Assembly (NCBI GenBank): GCA_004764695.1 | Contig: SMSO01000034.1 | Span: 3,658,001 to 3,722,000 of the forward strand | Length of the DNA: 64,000 bases | DNA from: Schizochytrium sp. TIO01 | Taxonomy: Eukaryota > Protista > Bigyra: Labyrinthulomycetes | Reading direction: 5' to 3' | Shown here: positions 24,533-36,030 of the stretch, piece by piece | How positions within the stretch are numbered: position 1 is the first letter of the stretch | Layout of the letters: each line of letters begins with the position of its first letter | The notes under the pieces: model-generated | What the model was told of the DNA's origin: nothing | Seen by the model: the letters and a program-made list of their open reading frames with translations, nothing else | Databases searched by the model: none | Translations under genes and position numbers: made by a program

Positions 24533-25399
24533 ATGATGCAATCTGGCATGATGATGTCGTCCGTGCGAGCTGCACTCTCGCGCTCGGCTCGCCTTTCCAC
24601 GGTATCGCCGAGTGCCATATCTCATGCAAAGACATCATTGGCCCCAGCGCCCACCTCTTTGGCTCCTTGGTCATTCGCTCGCCTTGTACACGTCCATGCA
24701 AACGCTGGCAGTCCCGTGTGGCGTCCTCGTGCATCTCTGGCGACTACAGTGGCGTCCAAGAAGATGAACTTGGCTGGTACGAGTGCAGTTCGCTTTTTCT
24801 CGAGTTCTGCAAAGAACGGGAAGGCTGGCGCCTCTACCTCGAGCTCATACCAGGATGAAATTCGACGCAAGAACACGACCGGCCTAGTGTACATTTTGGC
24901 TATCGTAGTAGCAGCAATTGGTGTTTCATACTGCGCGGTGCCGCTCTACAAAGTTTTCTGCCAGGTGACAGGCTACGGAGGTACAACTCGCCAATCCACA
25001 TTAGATATCGCAAAGAAGATGCAACCTGTTCCCGGCGCTGCCCCTATCACTGTACGGTTCACGGCGCAGACTGCAGCCTCGCTCGACTGGAAATTTAAAC
25101 CGCAACAATCTGAGATCACTGTGGTGCCCGGCGAGACGGCTCTGGCATTCTACACAGCGACTAACAAAACTTCGGAGCCCATTACTGGTGTGGCCTCGTA
25201 CAACATCACACCTACTAAGGCAGGTATTTACTTTAACAAGATTCAGTGCTTTTGCTTCGACCAGCAGCGCTTGAAACCCAATGAGGAGGTAGATATGCCG
25301 GTCTTCTTTTACATTGACCCAACCTTCGCAGACGATCCGCAGATGGCTGGAGTAGATAACATTGTTCTCTCCTACACATTCTTCAAGGCAAAGAACTAG
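24533..25399 (+). CDS. COX11: Cytochrome c oxidase copper chaperone COX11/CtaG
   Basis: Mitochondrial presequence and a single TM. Motifs AVPLYKVFCQVTGYGG, PGETALAFY, YFNKIQCFCF (Cu-binding CFCF) and DMPVFFYIDP. Confidence 0.97.
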   Translation: MMQSGMMMSSVRAALSRSARLSTVSPSAISHAKTSLAPAPTSLAPWSFARLVHVHANAGSPVWRPRASLATTVASKKMNLAGTSAVRFFSSSAKNGKAGASTSSSYQDEIRRKNTTGLVYILAIVVAAIGVSYCAVPLYKVFCQVTGYGGTTRQSTLDIAKKMQPVPGAAPITVRFTAQTAASLDWKFKPQQSEITVVPGETALAFYTATNKTSEPITGVASYNITPTKAGIYFNKIQCFCFDQQRLKPNEEVDMPVFFYIDPTFADDPQMAGVDNIVLSYTFFKAKN

Positions 25400-26693
25400 G
25401 CGCGCTACTTCCCCCCAGACTTCGTCTGCACAGGATAGATGTGTTCATCCACAAAGTGTGCAGCAGCTCTATTACCTCAAACGGCATGGAGCATGACTAT
25501 CCTTTCGCTCGTGCAAACGCAGAACATGTATGCATCGACTTGCGCGTGGACATGCGTGCAGCAATGTGCTCGCCAGCGCTGGTTGAATTTGGCCAGTTTA
25601 AAGATACTCTCCGCGGTAGACGAGCGATCGAGAAGCTCGTGCTTTGCACAAATCCCGTACAGAGGCAGGCAGATACGGGAATCTAGCTTTTTAGCCGGCT
25701 AGAAGACCATCCGTTCTGTAGTGATTTTCTTCTCTTGTCAAATTCCAATCTACTTTTACAAAATAGACCATCGTATAACCAACTTAATCTCAATCGTGTT
25801 GAACGCTCTTTCCTTGGTATTCCTCGATTAGGGATTATTTTCAATTCAAGGCTTGCAACCTGCCGAATAACACTCTGTATTGATCTCTTGCAAAGAATCC
25901 ACTTCTTATATAAATCGATCTGACGCTTTGCTATTCGGGATTCTTCTCTTATGCTGATTTGGCCTTTCTGCTCAGAAACTCAAGAAACGCCGTCAAATCC
26001 AACAGGCAATTTCCCTTCGTTTACCCTGAATTCTCGCTCCCTATCCTCATCAACCATCATCCAAACAAGTGCTACAGCCTTCAGTAATTCCGCATCGCAA
26101 GACTCGCAAGCCCACCACCGAGCTTGTTTTTGGCCCATCCAAACTCCTTGCTATTGAATACTTTGTCGCCGCCCAGGTCGTTCATTCTCCGTTCTGTCAC
26201 ATGCCACAAGCTCCCAAACTAAATGAACAAATGATTTTTCTTCCAAAGAGTGATATCACGGCTTTCATCAATGAGAACGCCTTGGAGTCTTTCTTTAGAT
26301 GAATATGCGCTTCGAGGATTCGCTGCATGGACAGCTAGGTGCTATATCCTGTAGCAGTCCTGCTACATCTCACCCACTCCCACTAATTAGAGCTATTTTC
26401 CAACTATTTTGTTTTTAGGGTGCCTCGCTCTGGAGCTAGTACATAGCTAGTGATTAGTACCACCATTTAGTTCGGCTAGCTAATAAAGAAGCAGCTGTTA
26501 GCACAGCGAGGAAGCGCTGCTGCTGCATGGCGGCGATCAAACTGCGAACGACTGGTTCAACACAAGAAAGGGGTCTGGTGTGGCCTCGGCTACTGAGCTG
26601 AGAAGGCTTAAGAGAGACCTTCTTGTGCAATTGGTAGTGTCACGTCGAAAAAAGTTCACGACGACAGCGGTAGTGGTTGTCGCAGCTGCAGCG

Positions 26694-27705
26694 ATGGCTG
26701 CACTCCAAACAACGCATCGCGCAGCAGTGGCTGTGGGTGGGTACGAAAGACCAGACCCGCCTTTGATTTATACGCTAGACCTTGGAGGACTGGAGGACAG
26801 TGTGCGGGCGCTGTGGAGGGGCCTTGAGAAGGACACAGAAACAGATGAATTTCTCGAGACATGCCAGGCCAACACGATCAAGGACTCCTTCGCCAGCCTA
26901 CTCCGGAATTTCATGTCAAGAACCGATGCAAACGGTCTCGCGGGAAGAGGCAAAATGTTCGTAATCTCTAAAGCACAGCTTGCATTCTTGTGCCCGCAGG
27001 TCTTTGCTGCAGACAGAAATGGGCCACGTAGGTTGCTTGATATTGGCTCTGGAGATGGCTCTATCACAGAGCGTTACGCTGGTGATTTTGACGAGGTCGT
27101 TACTACTGAGACATCCTCGGTAATGGCTGGTAAACTTCGTAGCCGTGGGTGGGCGTGCTATGAACCAGGCAAGCAGGATTTGCCACTGCCTGCCAGTGAT
27201 GCTGAAAAGTTTGACTTTATCACATGCCTTAACGTTCTCGACCGGGCAGATAAGCCACTCACACTCCTGCGCGAGCTCAAAGCTCAGCTTAAGCCTGGAA
27301 CAGGTAGACTCTTGCTCGCTGTTGTCTTGGTAAGTTTTCAGTTCTTTGTACGATCTGTGCAAAGTCCGAGGGTAGATAAAATTAAAAGGAGAACGATTAC
27401 TAACCCCAATTGTCAACGTTCAAACATGATTAACTCAGCCTTGGTGTCCTTTTGTAGAATCCGGAACCAAGCAACTCCCCCCCTCAGAGCAGCTTCCCAT
27501 GGAAGGAGCTCGCTGTCGTGACAAAGCAACCTTTGAAAAGTCACTCGATGCTCTTGTACAGCGGGTGCTCATTCCTGAAGGATTTAACATTCTTTCTATT
27601 TCCCGCGTGCCATACATTTCGCAGGGAGATAGCTACCAGCGCTATTACACACTTTCAGATGCCATCATTGTCTGCGAAGTCCCACTTCAGCAACCCCAGC
27701 TTTAG
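26694..27705 (+). CDS. METTL9: Protein-histidine N-methyltransferase METTL9/DREV. Two exons: 26694-27329 and 27439-27705.
   Basis: SRTDANGLAGRGKMFV, SAM motif LLDIGSGDG, and TCLNVLDRADKP. The intron GTAAGT (27330)...CTCAG (27438) is 109 nt. Splicing gives LLAVVL-PWCPFVE and continues in frame to SRVPYISQGD...YYTLSDAI, typical of the DREV C-terminus. Confidence 0.9.
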
Positions 27706-28375
27706 AATTCGTCATCACTAAGAACGATTCATGTGAAGTTGGATGAATTGAGGAAACTGCTGTTTTTCGCAGCATAACAGAGATTCCATTTCCTATTTGC
27801 TTTCACAAACTTCTCTCAATACTATGTTCTCTAAAATATCAAAATGCTTCGCATTAGCTTTTGTAAATGTTTCAGACCAATAACTTACCCCTGCTGATGA
27901 TTTCGTTCCTTGCGTCTTAAAGAGAGTTACTTCAATTTAACTGATCATTTTTCAAGCTTGCAACCCCCAGATGCTGTGTGCATCTATTTTAACTTTCTCT
28001 GTTGAGCTGCTAGCGATGTTAGCAGCCAAGTTATTATCCATGACCCATGATTCCTTTTCGCCTATTTTTTGTCACCATTTTTTGTCTTTTCTTTCTTTCT
28101 TTCTTTTTACTCATTTGTCAAGACCGCACATTCACGCTCCAACAAACTAATGTCACGATATCTTTTGCAGGTCACAGACGGATTCCAATACTCCATGCAA
28201 AGCCAGAGAGATACTAAATAGGACTGACTTTGCCAATGCTTGGTGTTTGCTCGAAGGGTCATAGATCTAACGCTTAGAACAAGGTTTCAAATATGGGCAA
28301 GAGAACTAGACCTATCCATATCTGCCATCTCAAAACAGTGTACTACTAAAGCTTAAACTCTCGCGCAGTCTTGTT

Positions 28376-31300
28376 ATGGAGAATAGCGGCGTTGAGCCCG
28401 GAGCAGAGCCACCATGTGGCAGCCAGACTCAGCGAAGAAGGCCGAGAGGGCGCCGAGGATCTCGAAAACCCCAAGACAGCAAAGCCCCTGGTGCCCCGAA
28501 GCACGGCAGTGATGTTTCGACCACTGCCTCCGATCGACACTCCAAAGAGCGAGGGGAAACTCGAAAACGCAACCAACAAAGAGGAGACGAGACCCAGAAA
28601 AGACCACAGAAACGTGATGCTAAAAATAGCGATCAAGAGCCTCCGCAACGGAGACCCAACAAACGAACAAATAATCGAAGGCGGAGACCCAATGGCAAAG
28701 GTGGGCAACATCCATCCCAGGCAGAGATGTCTAACAAGGTACAGTTACAAACTTTGAACGATGCTGCTTTACGAGCGAATGCCCCAGAATGGTGTCCGGG
28801 TTCTGGCCTCCAAACTTATGCACTGAAAGTTGGGATTCCTCAAACAGAAGAGGAGGATCGTTCATCTCAAAACAACCCGCCCCCGGTCGCTCCACAAGGG
28901 TTTTCGCGCCTCCAGTTAGGAAGTATCCAAACACGCGGTGCTGCCAATTCGTTCTTACGCAGAGCTCGTGCGAAGGAAGAAGCTGCGGCGTCCCTGCTCC
29001 AGTTAGACCGCATTCGTGCAGAGATTTCTCGTGAGGATGCAACCGCAATAGTAGACACCTTACTTCAAGATGCAATCGAAGAGCATGCACGAGATGTGGC
29101 AAGGCAATGGGCAGGCCGTCTTCGCGAAAGATGGCGCCAATATTTTGCCAAAGAGGGCTTCCAAGAATTAGAGCCAGCTGTCCCAGCTCCTCGAAAAAAG
29201 ACTCGTACTCTAGTTCAGGACGGTACCTCCACGCTTGCGCCTGAAGGCGTTGGATCAGTCGAAGGCAACTCTATGCACATAAACTCTGAGCCAAATATCC
29301 GAATCGAGAAAACTGCTAGGGGTAACAACGCAGACCTTGAAAAAACACAAGTCCGAGTAGATCAAGATGTCAAGCTCCTTGACGCTTGCGAAAGAGGAGA
29401 CCTAAACGAAGTATTGCAGTGGGCAAATAGTGTGCGACAAAATGGAGACCTTGTACCAACTCGTTTGCATGGAATTTGCAGAGAAGATGGGTGGGGCCCA
29501 TTGGCATTGGCTGTGGAGGCCCGTGCAGCAGGTGTTGTAGAAATGCTTGTCAGCTGGAATGCTGATTCCTCGGTCCGAGCATACGCTGCTGGCGTGGGCA
29601 AGGAAAGGGAAGATGAACGATGCTCATTACTGCACCACATCTGCCATGTAGGTGATGTCCTCGTACTCGAAGGGGCACTACGTGCTGGCGCTGGTGGAAG
29701 TCATGCTATTAGCTACGGGCTTAATCTTGAAGCCAAGGATAGTCGAGGCCGAACTCCACTACACATTTGTGCAGCAAGGGCTGACATGACAGCAACGAGG
29801 CTTCTTCTCGATTATGGTGCGTCTCTGGCAAGCAAAGATAAAAATGGAAACATACCACTTCATTTAGCGGTACGTGCAAACCCCTCGGCAGCTTATATGT
29901 CCATTCTAAGACCTCGCATTGATGCAAAGAACCGAGATGGGGAGACTCCGCTACACTTGGCAGCAGCTGCTGGAGCGAACTCAGCAGTTGCAGAGCTTAT
30001 TGTTCGTGGAGCAGATGCCCATGCAGTTGACAAGTCATACTGGACACCAATGTGCAAAGCTGCAGCAGGGAACCACGCGTCAACTGTTGGTCTTTTGCTC
30101 GATCGCGGCACACCGTGGCGTGGAGCAGGGCCTCAGTCCATTCAGCATACAACAGTGTCATGTACTCCTTGTCCACTTCACCTAGCAGCCCTCCACGGCG
30201 CCAGCGAGGTGGTGCGCGAATTTGTGACTAGAGAAGACACATCTTGTTTGGAGTGGGTTGACTGGTCTTGGCCTTGCGATACAGTACTCATCAGTGCTCT
30301 TCGTGGAGGTCATATGGAACTAGCAAACGAGATCTTGAACATGGGTGCCTCTCCTCAGCGTCTAAACGGGAAAGAGGAGTCTGCTTTGGTTGTGGCCCTC
30401 GAGCAGTCAAAAGGTCCCCCGAGTCTAGATCTTTTGAAGCGCCTTGTTTGCAAAACGAGCCTAACCCAAAATAGTCCGGCCGTTCTTGATGTTGCAATAT
30501 CGGCACTAAACCAGGCTATCCATATTAGCGCAGAAGGCGAAGTCAACCGTGTAAACAGGGCGTTTGAAGCGCTAGACTTCTTACTCAGCCTCGAGGAGCC
30601 TTTTGCACCAATTACAAGTAGATTTCGTGCCCGCGCATCGCAACTCATTCATTTTGTTTGTGAAAGCGCCTTTGAGCGTTCATCGACCAACACTGCTCCA
30701 GTTGAAGACATTACAAAGATTGCATGTGTACTAGAAAACCGGAGCGATCATTTGACCAATCGAATGCAAGAAGCATCGTTGTCGAAATCAAATCTCGATT
30801 ACTTTTTTCGATCCGACTTGCAGGATCTTTTTGAAAATCGTGATCTTATGGGAGCTGATGTCACATTTTTGCTTGAAAATGGAGAGCGTATGCATGCGCA
30901 TAAGGATATTCTCACGGCGCGTTGTCCTATGTTCGCTGGCATGTTTCGAGGTGGGATGCTGGAATCCCAGCTCCTTGAAGTGAACATGTTTTTGCATTCT
31001 AAGCGGGCTATTATAGATGCTCTCCGGTTCGTTTATTACGGTAGTTTAGACGGCTCTGATTTGATGGAGTTTGCGAGCCATCGTGATTTCGAGCACTTCG
31101 TGGATGGGCGAGTAGTACTTGATTATGTGGAGCATGCAGTGAATGTTCTGGTTTTAGCAAATGAATGGCTGTTGCATGGTCTAGAGAGCATTGCATGTGA
31201 CGTCATTCAGCTGTTGCTGGAGCGCCATGTCTTGACGTCTCGCGGAGCAGCGCGCCGCAAGGGAATTCCTCGGATCCGATCTGCCCACATTGAGGATTTG

Positions 31301-32413
31301 CTTCAATTTGCTTTGGAAGGTATTTCTAACTCAACGTTGGTAGAAATTTGCAGCAATATTATTAGCTTGCTACGGAAGCTAAAAAAGAAAACAAATCGAC
31401 AGCAGATCGAACCACCTCCGCCTCGGTGTGTGCTTCCTCATGGTCATAACTTCCAGTGTCCATGTCCTCGAGGTATTCTCGAAAAGCACCACCTACGATA
31501 TTGCCGTCGTTCAGATGGTGTTGTTGTTGATGTTGCGCGTATGCTTGCAGCAGCTAATGTTGATAGCGCAAGCGTATTTGCCTTAGCACCAACTCGGCTT
31601 CGACGGCAAATTGAAATGGAAGGAACACGGTTTGATGCCCGTCTGGCTTCTGATCATGTAGAACGTACTCATGAAGCTGAGATGCAGGTACTCGAAGATC
31701 TTGATATGACTGTTTTTGACAAGGTACTTGCAGCTGTGGAGATCGACGAATTTGAAGCACGATTTACAAGTCTGGCAGAACTTCCTCACCTGGGCACTGA
31801 TCTTATGACTCTTTTGAGTACCTCGGAATTGTTTGACGTGAAAATCGCCCTTGGAATCAGTGGCATGACCTCAGGATACATTTCTGGCCATTCATTCATT
31901 CTTAAATGTCGCTCTCCAACGTTGTCTCGAGCCCTTGGAAACTTTAGTGGGAATGCTACAATTACTGCCTTAGCATTCACCAAGGTGGTTTCTCGTCAAG
32001 TTTGGGAAGCAATAATGAGTTTCATATATGCTGGATTTATTGACTCTCGGCATTTCCCACGCTGCACTGCAGATGCAGTAGCTATAGCACAGCTTGCTGA
32101 GGATCTCGAACTTGTTGGTTTCAGCCATGCTCTTCAGACGGTTCTTGATGAGCATGGACTAGCAACCATTGGGACAGATGGAGTCGAAGAAAACACAACG
32201 CTCAATATGCTTTTGGAATCAAGCTTCCATCCAAGTCTTTGGGAGTTGGAAGCTCAATTTCGATGTGATCTTCTAGAGGTAAAAGAAGATGCAGAGCTTG
32301 CACCAACTCTTGGGGAACACATAGCAAAACACTACGCAGCTAAACTCCCCCGGACTCATGCATGTGCATCCTTAGCTTTACGAGGGTTAGCCGTTCATAT
32401 ATTTGGTTCTTAG
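28376..32413 (+). CDS. Ankyrin-repeat and BTB/POZ domain protein with a basic, disordered N-terminus
   Basis: Several ankyrin units (GRTPLHICA, GNIPLHLAV, GETPLHLAA, WTPMCKAA). BTB1: ADVTFLLENGERMHAHKDILTARCPMFAGMF. BTB2: FDVKIAL...GHSFILKCRSPTL...IMSFIYAG. Confidence 0.9.
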   Translation: MENSGVEPGAEPPCGSQTQRRRPRGRRGSRKPQDSKAPGAPKHGSDVSTTASDRHSKERGETRKRNQQRGDETQKRPQKRDAKNSDQEPPQRRPNKRTNNRRRRPNGKGGQHPSQAEMSNKVQLQTLNDAALRANAPEWCPGSGLQTYALKVGIPQTEEEDRSSQNNPPPVAPQGFSRLQLGSIQTRGAANSFLRRARAKEEAAASLLQLDRIRAEISREDATAIVDTLLQDAIEEHARDVARQWAGRLRERWRQYFAKEGFQELEPAVPAPRKKTRTLVQDGTSTLAPEGVGSVEGNSMHINSEPNIRIEKTARGNNADLEKTQVRVDQDVKLLDACERGDLNEVLQWANSVRQNGDLVPTRLHGICREDGWGPLALAVEARAAGVVEMLVSWNADSSVRAYAAGVGKEREDERCSLLHHICHVGDVLVLEGALRAGAGGSHAISYGLNLEAKDSRGRTPLHICAARADMTATRLLLDYGASLASKDKNGNIPLHLAVRANPSAAYMSILRPRIDAKNRDGETPLHLAAAAGANSAVAELIVRGADAHAVDKSYWTPMCKAAAGNHASTVGLLLDRGTPWRGAGPQSIQHTTVSCTPCPLHLAALHGASEVVREFVTREDTSCLEWVDWSWPCDTVLISALRGGHMELANEILNMGASPQRLNGKEESALVVALEQSKGPPSLDLLKRLVCKTSLTQNSPAVLDVAISALNQAIHISAEGEVNRVNRAFEALDFLLSLEEPFAPITSRFRARASQLIHFVCESAFERSSTNTAPVEDITKIACVLENRSDHLTNRMQEASLSKSNLDYFFRSDLQDLFENRDLMGADVTFLLENGERMHAHKDILTARCPMFAGMFRGGMLESQLLEVNMFLHSKRAIIDALRFVYYGSLDGSDLMEFASHRDFEHFVDGRVVLDYVEHAVNVLVLANEWLLHGLESIACDVIQLLLERHVLTSRGAARRKGIPRIRSAHIEDLLQFALEGISNSTLVEICSNIISLLRKLKKKTNRQQIEPPPPRCVLPHGHNFQCPCPRGILEKHHLRYCRRSDGVVVDVARMLAAANVDSASVFALAPTRLRRQIEMEGTRFDARLASDHVERTHEAEMQVLEDLDMTVFDKVLAAVEIDEFEARFTSLAELPHLGTDLMTLLSTSELFDVKIALGISGMTSGYISGHSFILKCRSPTLSRALGNFSGNATITALAFTKVVSRQVWEAIMSFIYAGFIDSRHFPRCTADAVAIAQLAEDLELVGFSHALQTVLDEHGLATIGTDGVEENTTLNMLLESSFHPSLWELEAQFRCDLLEVKEDAELAPTLGEHIAKHYAAKLPRTHACASLALRGLAVHIFGS

Positions 32414-32774
32414 AACATCGAAGAAGCAAAAGGGTATTCGTCGGCAAAGGCTCTGCCACCCGTAAAGTACGCCGTATGTGCGAGGGAACGTTTTTGCAGG
32501 TTTTCTTGTATAATCTAATTCAAATCATGGTGTGCACGGCGCAATTGTGCGTAGAGTTGGATGCGAATTAACACAATCTTTATAAATTAGATACATTAAG
32601 CGAAGCACCCATACTTATGATGATGATGATGATGATGATAAAGATGGACATCAAATCTAATAAGACAAGGTGAGGGTAACATAATAAAAGGTGAGGATTG
32701 GAATCGAGAGAGATCTCTAGAGAGCATGATATTACCTTGTAAGGCTGTAATAGTATAATCATAGTATAAGAGAA

Positions 32775-34598
32775 TTAGATAGCAATCTTTTGCGGTTCAT
32801 CCGCGACGAGATCTTCATCTTCGCCGAGCTCGACATGCGCATCGACGGAGTATACGTCAGGAATTTGTAAGACAGACTTGATAGCAACTTGGGCTGCTTC
32901 ATCAGCCCTGAAAAGAGTGACAGACTTGTCCATGACAAGATTGATTTCCACAAAAACTCGGTTCTCTGCCACATCGTAGTAAACTTGGCAATGAGAAAGG
33001 GCCAAAATGATAGGGTCTTGTTCAGAGGCACGGACCACAGCATCGTGCACATCAGTTTCAATCTCAAGGTGGGAGCGAACATTCTTCGCAAACTGGTTTG
33101 GAATTGGCGTACGAGAGCGCTTTGGTGTCATCTTTTCGCCTGTAGCAGAGACACGACGTACCATAGTGTTATCTGGTACAGGTGCAAGCTTGATTTGCTT
33201 CGCAGTAACGTCGCTGGACACTTCGTCCTTCTTTTCCGCGTAAAAGGAAACCTCCCGCCGAGGTTTTCTTAAAGGCTCCCCGTCAGAGGCTTCGCCTTCT
33301 GTGTCAACAGGTGTTCTGGAAACACCCTGGGCAGCGATACTTTGTGTACCCGGCGAGGCCACATTGTCGCTGAGAGCCTCGAGAGAGCTACGACGAGGGT
33401 GAGCTTGAACATGAATCATGATTTCACTAACACGTGGATAGGCTTGGTAAATGTGTCTCTTGACGCGATTACTCTCGACGTAGCCGCCACTTACGCTGAG
33501 ACGAGGCTCTACCCGAAGGTGTAAATCAAGAAGTAGGTAGTGACCGAGTCGGCGCACACGAACGTCGTGCGCATCAATAACTGCGGAATTAGGTTGTGCA
33601 GCAAGTTTTTCGACTACCTTGTATACGCCCCCAATGACATCAAAATCAGATTCGCGGCGACGATCTGTAAGGTCTTGGCATGCATCCCAACCAATCTCAA
33701 CGCCTGCCTTCAGCACCATACCGCTGACCAATAGACCCGCCACAGGATCAAGCATATTCCATCCAAAGTAAGCCCCACCAACGCCAACCATAGACATGAC
33801 TGATGAAAGTGCATCAGTGCGGTGGTGCCAAGCGTTAGCGACGAGAACGGGGCTGTGCGTTTCCTGGCCTACCTTCACCGTAATTCTGTAGAGCCACTCT
33901 TTGACCACAATGGAGCTGCCAATTACAAAAAGTGCGGTGGGAATGTGTGTTACAGCGGTAGCGTCTGTGGCACTTACCAGAAGTAATGAATTGAGTGACT
34001 GCCAGCCGATGGCTGCACCACCTCCAATAAGAAAGGAAGATACCAGTAGAGTGCCGAGTGATTCGTAGTGACCATATCCATAAGGATGCAATTGATCCGC
34101 AGGTCGCTTGCTGAGCGAGATGGCTGCTAACGCGACAAAGTCTCCGCAGAGGTCCGAAGCCGAGTGCATAGCATCTGCAATTAGCGACATTGATCCACTT
34201 GAAAATCCAATAAGGCCCTTGGTTCCAGCCAAGATAACGTTACTGTACAGACCCATCCATGTTACGCGTTTTTGAGCACGGTCCATGGCCTCAAGGTCTT
34301 CCTCATCATTCATTTCGACCCGAGGAGGCATCGCCTCTGTATGCATGGGTGCTGATTGCCTCGCATCAGTATTCATCCCTCTAAAGTCATCGCGTTGAGA
34401 TGTAAACTTGGTCGCAAACTTTGTTGCAAACTTCTCCTTTGTAGATGTTGCTGCCGTTCCCAGCGCTCTGACCGCCATCGGCATCACGGCTACTGCGTGG
34501 GCCCTCGGCACAATCACCTCTCCGAAGACGTCATGGTGTACATGTGAGAGAAAGCCGTACCCCTCCAGCCGCGGCGCAGACCTGCGGAGTGCAAGCAT
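32775..34598 (-). CDS. Cation diffusion facilitator, mitochondrial MMT1/2- or MTP6-like, with two C-terminal dimerisation-type domains
   Basis: Motifs SLIADAMHSASD (TM2 HxxxD), HPYGYGHYESL and ANAWHHRTD (TM5 HxxxD). MLALRRSAPR at 34598 looks like a presequence. An upstream in-frame ATG exists at 34673. Confidence 0.9.
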   Translation of the reverse strand: MLALRRSAPRLEGYGFLSHVHHDVFGEVIVPRAHAVAVMPMAVRALGTAATSTKEKFATKFATKFTSQRDDFRGMNTDARQSAPMHTEAMPPRVEMNDEEDLEAMDRAQKRVTWMGLYSNVILAGTKGLIGFSSGSMSLIADAMHSASDLCGDFVALAAISLSKRPADQLHPYGYGHYESLGTLLVSSFLIGGGAAIGWQSLNSLLLVSATDATAVTHIPTALFVIGSSIVVKEWLYRITVKVGQETHSPVLVANAWHHRTDALSSVMSMVGVGGAYFGWNMLDPVAGLLVSGMVLKAGVEIGWDACQDLTDRRRESDFDVIGGVYKVVEKLAAQPNSAVIDAHDVRVRRLGHYLLLDLHLRVEPRLSVSGGYVESNRVKRHIYQAYPRVSEIMIHVQAHPRRSSLEALSDNVASPGTQSIAAQGVSRTPVDTEGEASDGEPLRKPRREVSFYAEKKDEVSSDVTAKQIKLAPVPDNTMVRRVSATGEKMTPKRSRTPIPNQFAKNVRSHLEIETDVHDAVVRASEQDPIILALSHCQVYYDVAENRVFVEINLVMDKSVTLFRADEAAQVAIKSVLQIPDVYSVDAHVELGEDEDLVADEPQKIAI

Positions 34599-35709
34599 GC
34601 TCGCGTTGCAGTAAGACGCCACGGCAGACCAGTTTCGGGTTTTGTTGGCATTCAAGTTTGATTGATTTCTCATTCTGTCTCTTTTCTTTTCTTTCTCCCT
34701 GTTAGCTCCATTCTATCAATCAACTTTAGAGTTTGTTCTATTGTATGCCCACTTTGCTCTACTGATGGAATCTCTTTTGTTTCACTTTCACCGCTCTTCA
34801 TTCTCAGGTTTCTTGTCGCTTCCTTTCCCTTGCACTGTGGGGGCGCTGAGAGGGCACACAGAGATAGACAGAGGGGAAGGAGTACTACGGTACCTTATCG
34901 GCACCTATCAATAACTCTAAAGAGCGAGAACGAGAGAAAAAGTGGAAATCAATAAATGGAGAGAGAGAGAGAAAGAGAGAGAGAACTTTGAACTTTCTTT
35001 CTTTCTTCATTACCTTCAGCTTTCAGTTTTCTCCGTGTCTGGTACCTGCTATCCACCTAGCACTACCTACTTACTGCGTAGTTCATAACTTAGTTGGAGT
35101 ACGTACCTTTTCTCTCCTCTTCTTTCTTCATTACTTCCCTTTCAAACGAGCTTGAGAATTGTGCGCCTCCTCTACCGTTTCGGGTAGCCCCGCCCTTAAC
35201 CGCGGGGTCGCGGGCAGCCGCCAGATAAACTCTGTATAAAAGTATGCGAAGTGCGGTACACCGGTTCTGGTAGAGATCTGTAAAATTCCTTGGGTTTTCT
35301 TTCTTGCTCAAGATGCGAACTCTCTATTGATTCAATCAGGCGCGGAGGCCGGAGCTGCTTTGGGAGGGACGCGTCAAAGAGGGCTTTGGGGAAAGCAGCG
35401 TGCTCATTGCATAGCGTAAGGCCTGGAGTCTCTGTGGAATGACCAGGTTCTGGCGGGGTCCAGGCCCTCTTTGGCTCAGCTGAGAAAGGCTCCGGAGCCA
35501 GGTTGACTTGGAAAGAGGACCCAGTGGGGCCCCTCACAAGGGCGCAGCGCTGGAGCGTGCAAGGGGATATCTGCCCTCACAACGGCACTGGGTCGCGCGT
35601 GTCGCAGTGGGCATGAGGGGGGCGCGGAGGTTTGTGGCGGGCAAAAGCGGTTTCTGAGAAGCAGAGCAAAACGAACTTGACGAAGAATCCTCCAAAAAGT
35701 TAAAGAGCG

Positions 35710-35869
35710 CTGATTATTGATTTGTGACGATTGATTTATGACGATTGATTCATTGATTAGTTGATGATTGATGATCGATGATTGATGATCGATGATTGAT
35801 GATCGATGATCGATGATCAATGATCGATGATCAATGATTGATGATTGATTGGTGATTGATTGATCATAC
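35710..35869 (-). repeat. Degenerate 7-mer array (TGATCGA/TGATTGA), bounded by GT...AG on the minus strand
   Basis: The array is read directly. The minus strand reads GTATGA at 35869 and AATCAG ending at 35710. Confidence 0.85.
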
Positions 35870-36030
35870 GGTGACCGCAGATGGAAACGCACGCGAATCG
35901 ACGACGCTAGCTCGAGGTGGAAGGGCAGAGGAGCGAGGGTGCGCGGAGCAGTGCCGACAATCAAGAAGATCGACAGCGTTGCTCGATCCAAGTCCACTCG
36001 AAGGAAGAGCGGAATTCCTCTGATTTAACG

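Noticed and set aside
25441-25686. 81-aa ORF just after COX11
   Set aside because: It is short, lies in the probable 3' UTR and has no recognisable motif.
26350-26367. Hairpin TGTAGCAG-tc-CTGCTACA
   Set aside because: An isolated 8-bp stem is within chance expectation, and bacterial-style terminators are not relevant here.
32775-33600. Duplicated C-terminal domain of the CDF as a novelty
   Set aside because: As I recall, plant MTP6-type CDFs have a similar doubled domain, so it is probably a known architecture.
35476-35997. 173-aa ORF with SIIDHR repeats
   Set aside because: It is a read-through of the 7-mer array, with no ATG start and no recognisable domain.
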